64,000 nucleotides of DNA, taken from NCBI GenBank assembly GCA_973895155.1, contig OZ316893.1, forward strand, positions 24,975,520 to 25,039,519, in the 5' to 3' direction. Source of the stretch: Marsupella aquatica. Taxonomy: Eukaryota > Plantae > Marchantiophyta. The notes under the pieces are model-generated. The model had not been told where the DNA came from and ran no database searches. It saw nothing but the letters and a program-made list of their open reading frames with translations. Positions 63,174-64,000 of this stretch are shown here, piece by piece. A program made the position numbers and the translations under genes. Each line of letters opens with the position of its first letter. Within the stretch, counting starts at the first letter, position 1.

Positions 63174-64000
63174 CTTAAAATTACAGGGTGACTCGACTGC
63201 CGACTGCTGGGTCCTCAAATTCGGTTCAAAGTTTCATGTCTCCTCATCGAAGAAGCAAGGTTGTGGAAGGGCATGATTGAAGCCAAATGGCAGGTGCGCA
63301 TGATCAGGGTTGCATGCTTCGAATTTTTTCCAGTCTGTTTGCCTAAGCTTGCCATGCCATCTTCCCTGAGGGTGGAGGAATGCTTAAAGCGACTGTTGTG
63401 TTTGGTTTCTTGGGTGATTTGCTGTCCAGTTCTCCGAAGGACTCAAAACTGGTGCCATCAACAGGAAGCAAGCGATCAACGTAGATTTACTCTTGAAGGG
63501 CAACATTATTCTCCCGGGCGATATTTGTCAGATATTCAAGAATGAGTTTTCTTAAGCCATCAGCCTTTGCAATCTCTTCTGTGCTTCTGTTTGTAGATGG
63601 CAAGTAGACAGAAGAGCGGCAGTTATTCTACATGATTTGTAACAGGTTGTTTTCTTAGAGCGACATAATAACCACTGTTCGCAATGTGCTATCGCCCTTA
63701 TCATGAAATGATTTGCCAGCTTGGGCGTGGGAGCAAGACGAGCTTTAGTTTGTGTCCATCCTGTACATTCGTGCAGGCCTCTGCTCTGCCCAGAAATTAC
63801 TCACCAGAAGGCAAAAATTTACGTCTAGTCTAGTTTAATTCAGTCGTTTCTCAACTGTTTGGTCAATTGTACAAGTTGTGAATATCCATTGGGCCCTCCA
63901 ATTTGGGCAGGAGAAGTTGGTAACAATTTCAGGCTCTTGGATGTACCGTGGCTACCCTAGCAGTGTTTGGTGTGATGCCAGCAATGAGTAAACAAAACCC

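Overview
Eukaryotic land-plant nuclear DNA with short GT-AG introns, plant-type TTTAGGG telo-boxes and plant-type orthologues; a bryophyte/liverwort source is my impression only, not demonstrated. Seven spliced host genes can be built by hand: a TruB-family tRNA pseudouridine synthase (+), a SPRING1/C12orf49-like protein with an extra MGAT5-like C-terminal Cys module (-), RNA polymerase III subunit RPC4 with a long poly-Gly insert (-), TCTP (+), an XLG-like Cys-rich protein without a G-alpha domain (+), SELO/YdiU AMPylase (+) and an RBM42-like RRM protein (+). A 4.1-kb PIF/Harbinger DNA transposon (21662-25771) with 16-bp TIRs, TTA target-site duplication and open Myb/SANT and DDE transposase ORFs sits between the divergent RPC4 and TCTP genes, and may carry a decayed third reading frame. 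A 383-bp MITE with related TIRs and a TTA TSD lies at 47445-47827. The intergenic DNA holds many 2-3x local duplications, a minisatellite, a long-TIR foldback element, twin hairpins and head-to-head telomeric motifs. No rRNA, tRNA or CRISPR array was found. All family assignments come from remembered motifs, not from database searches.
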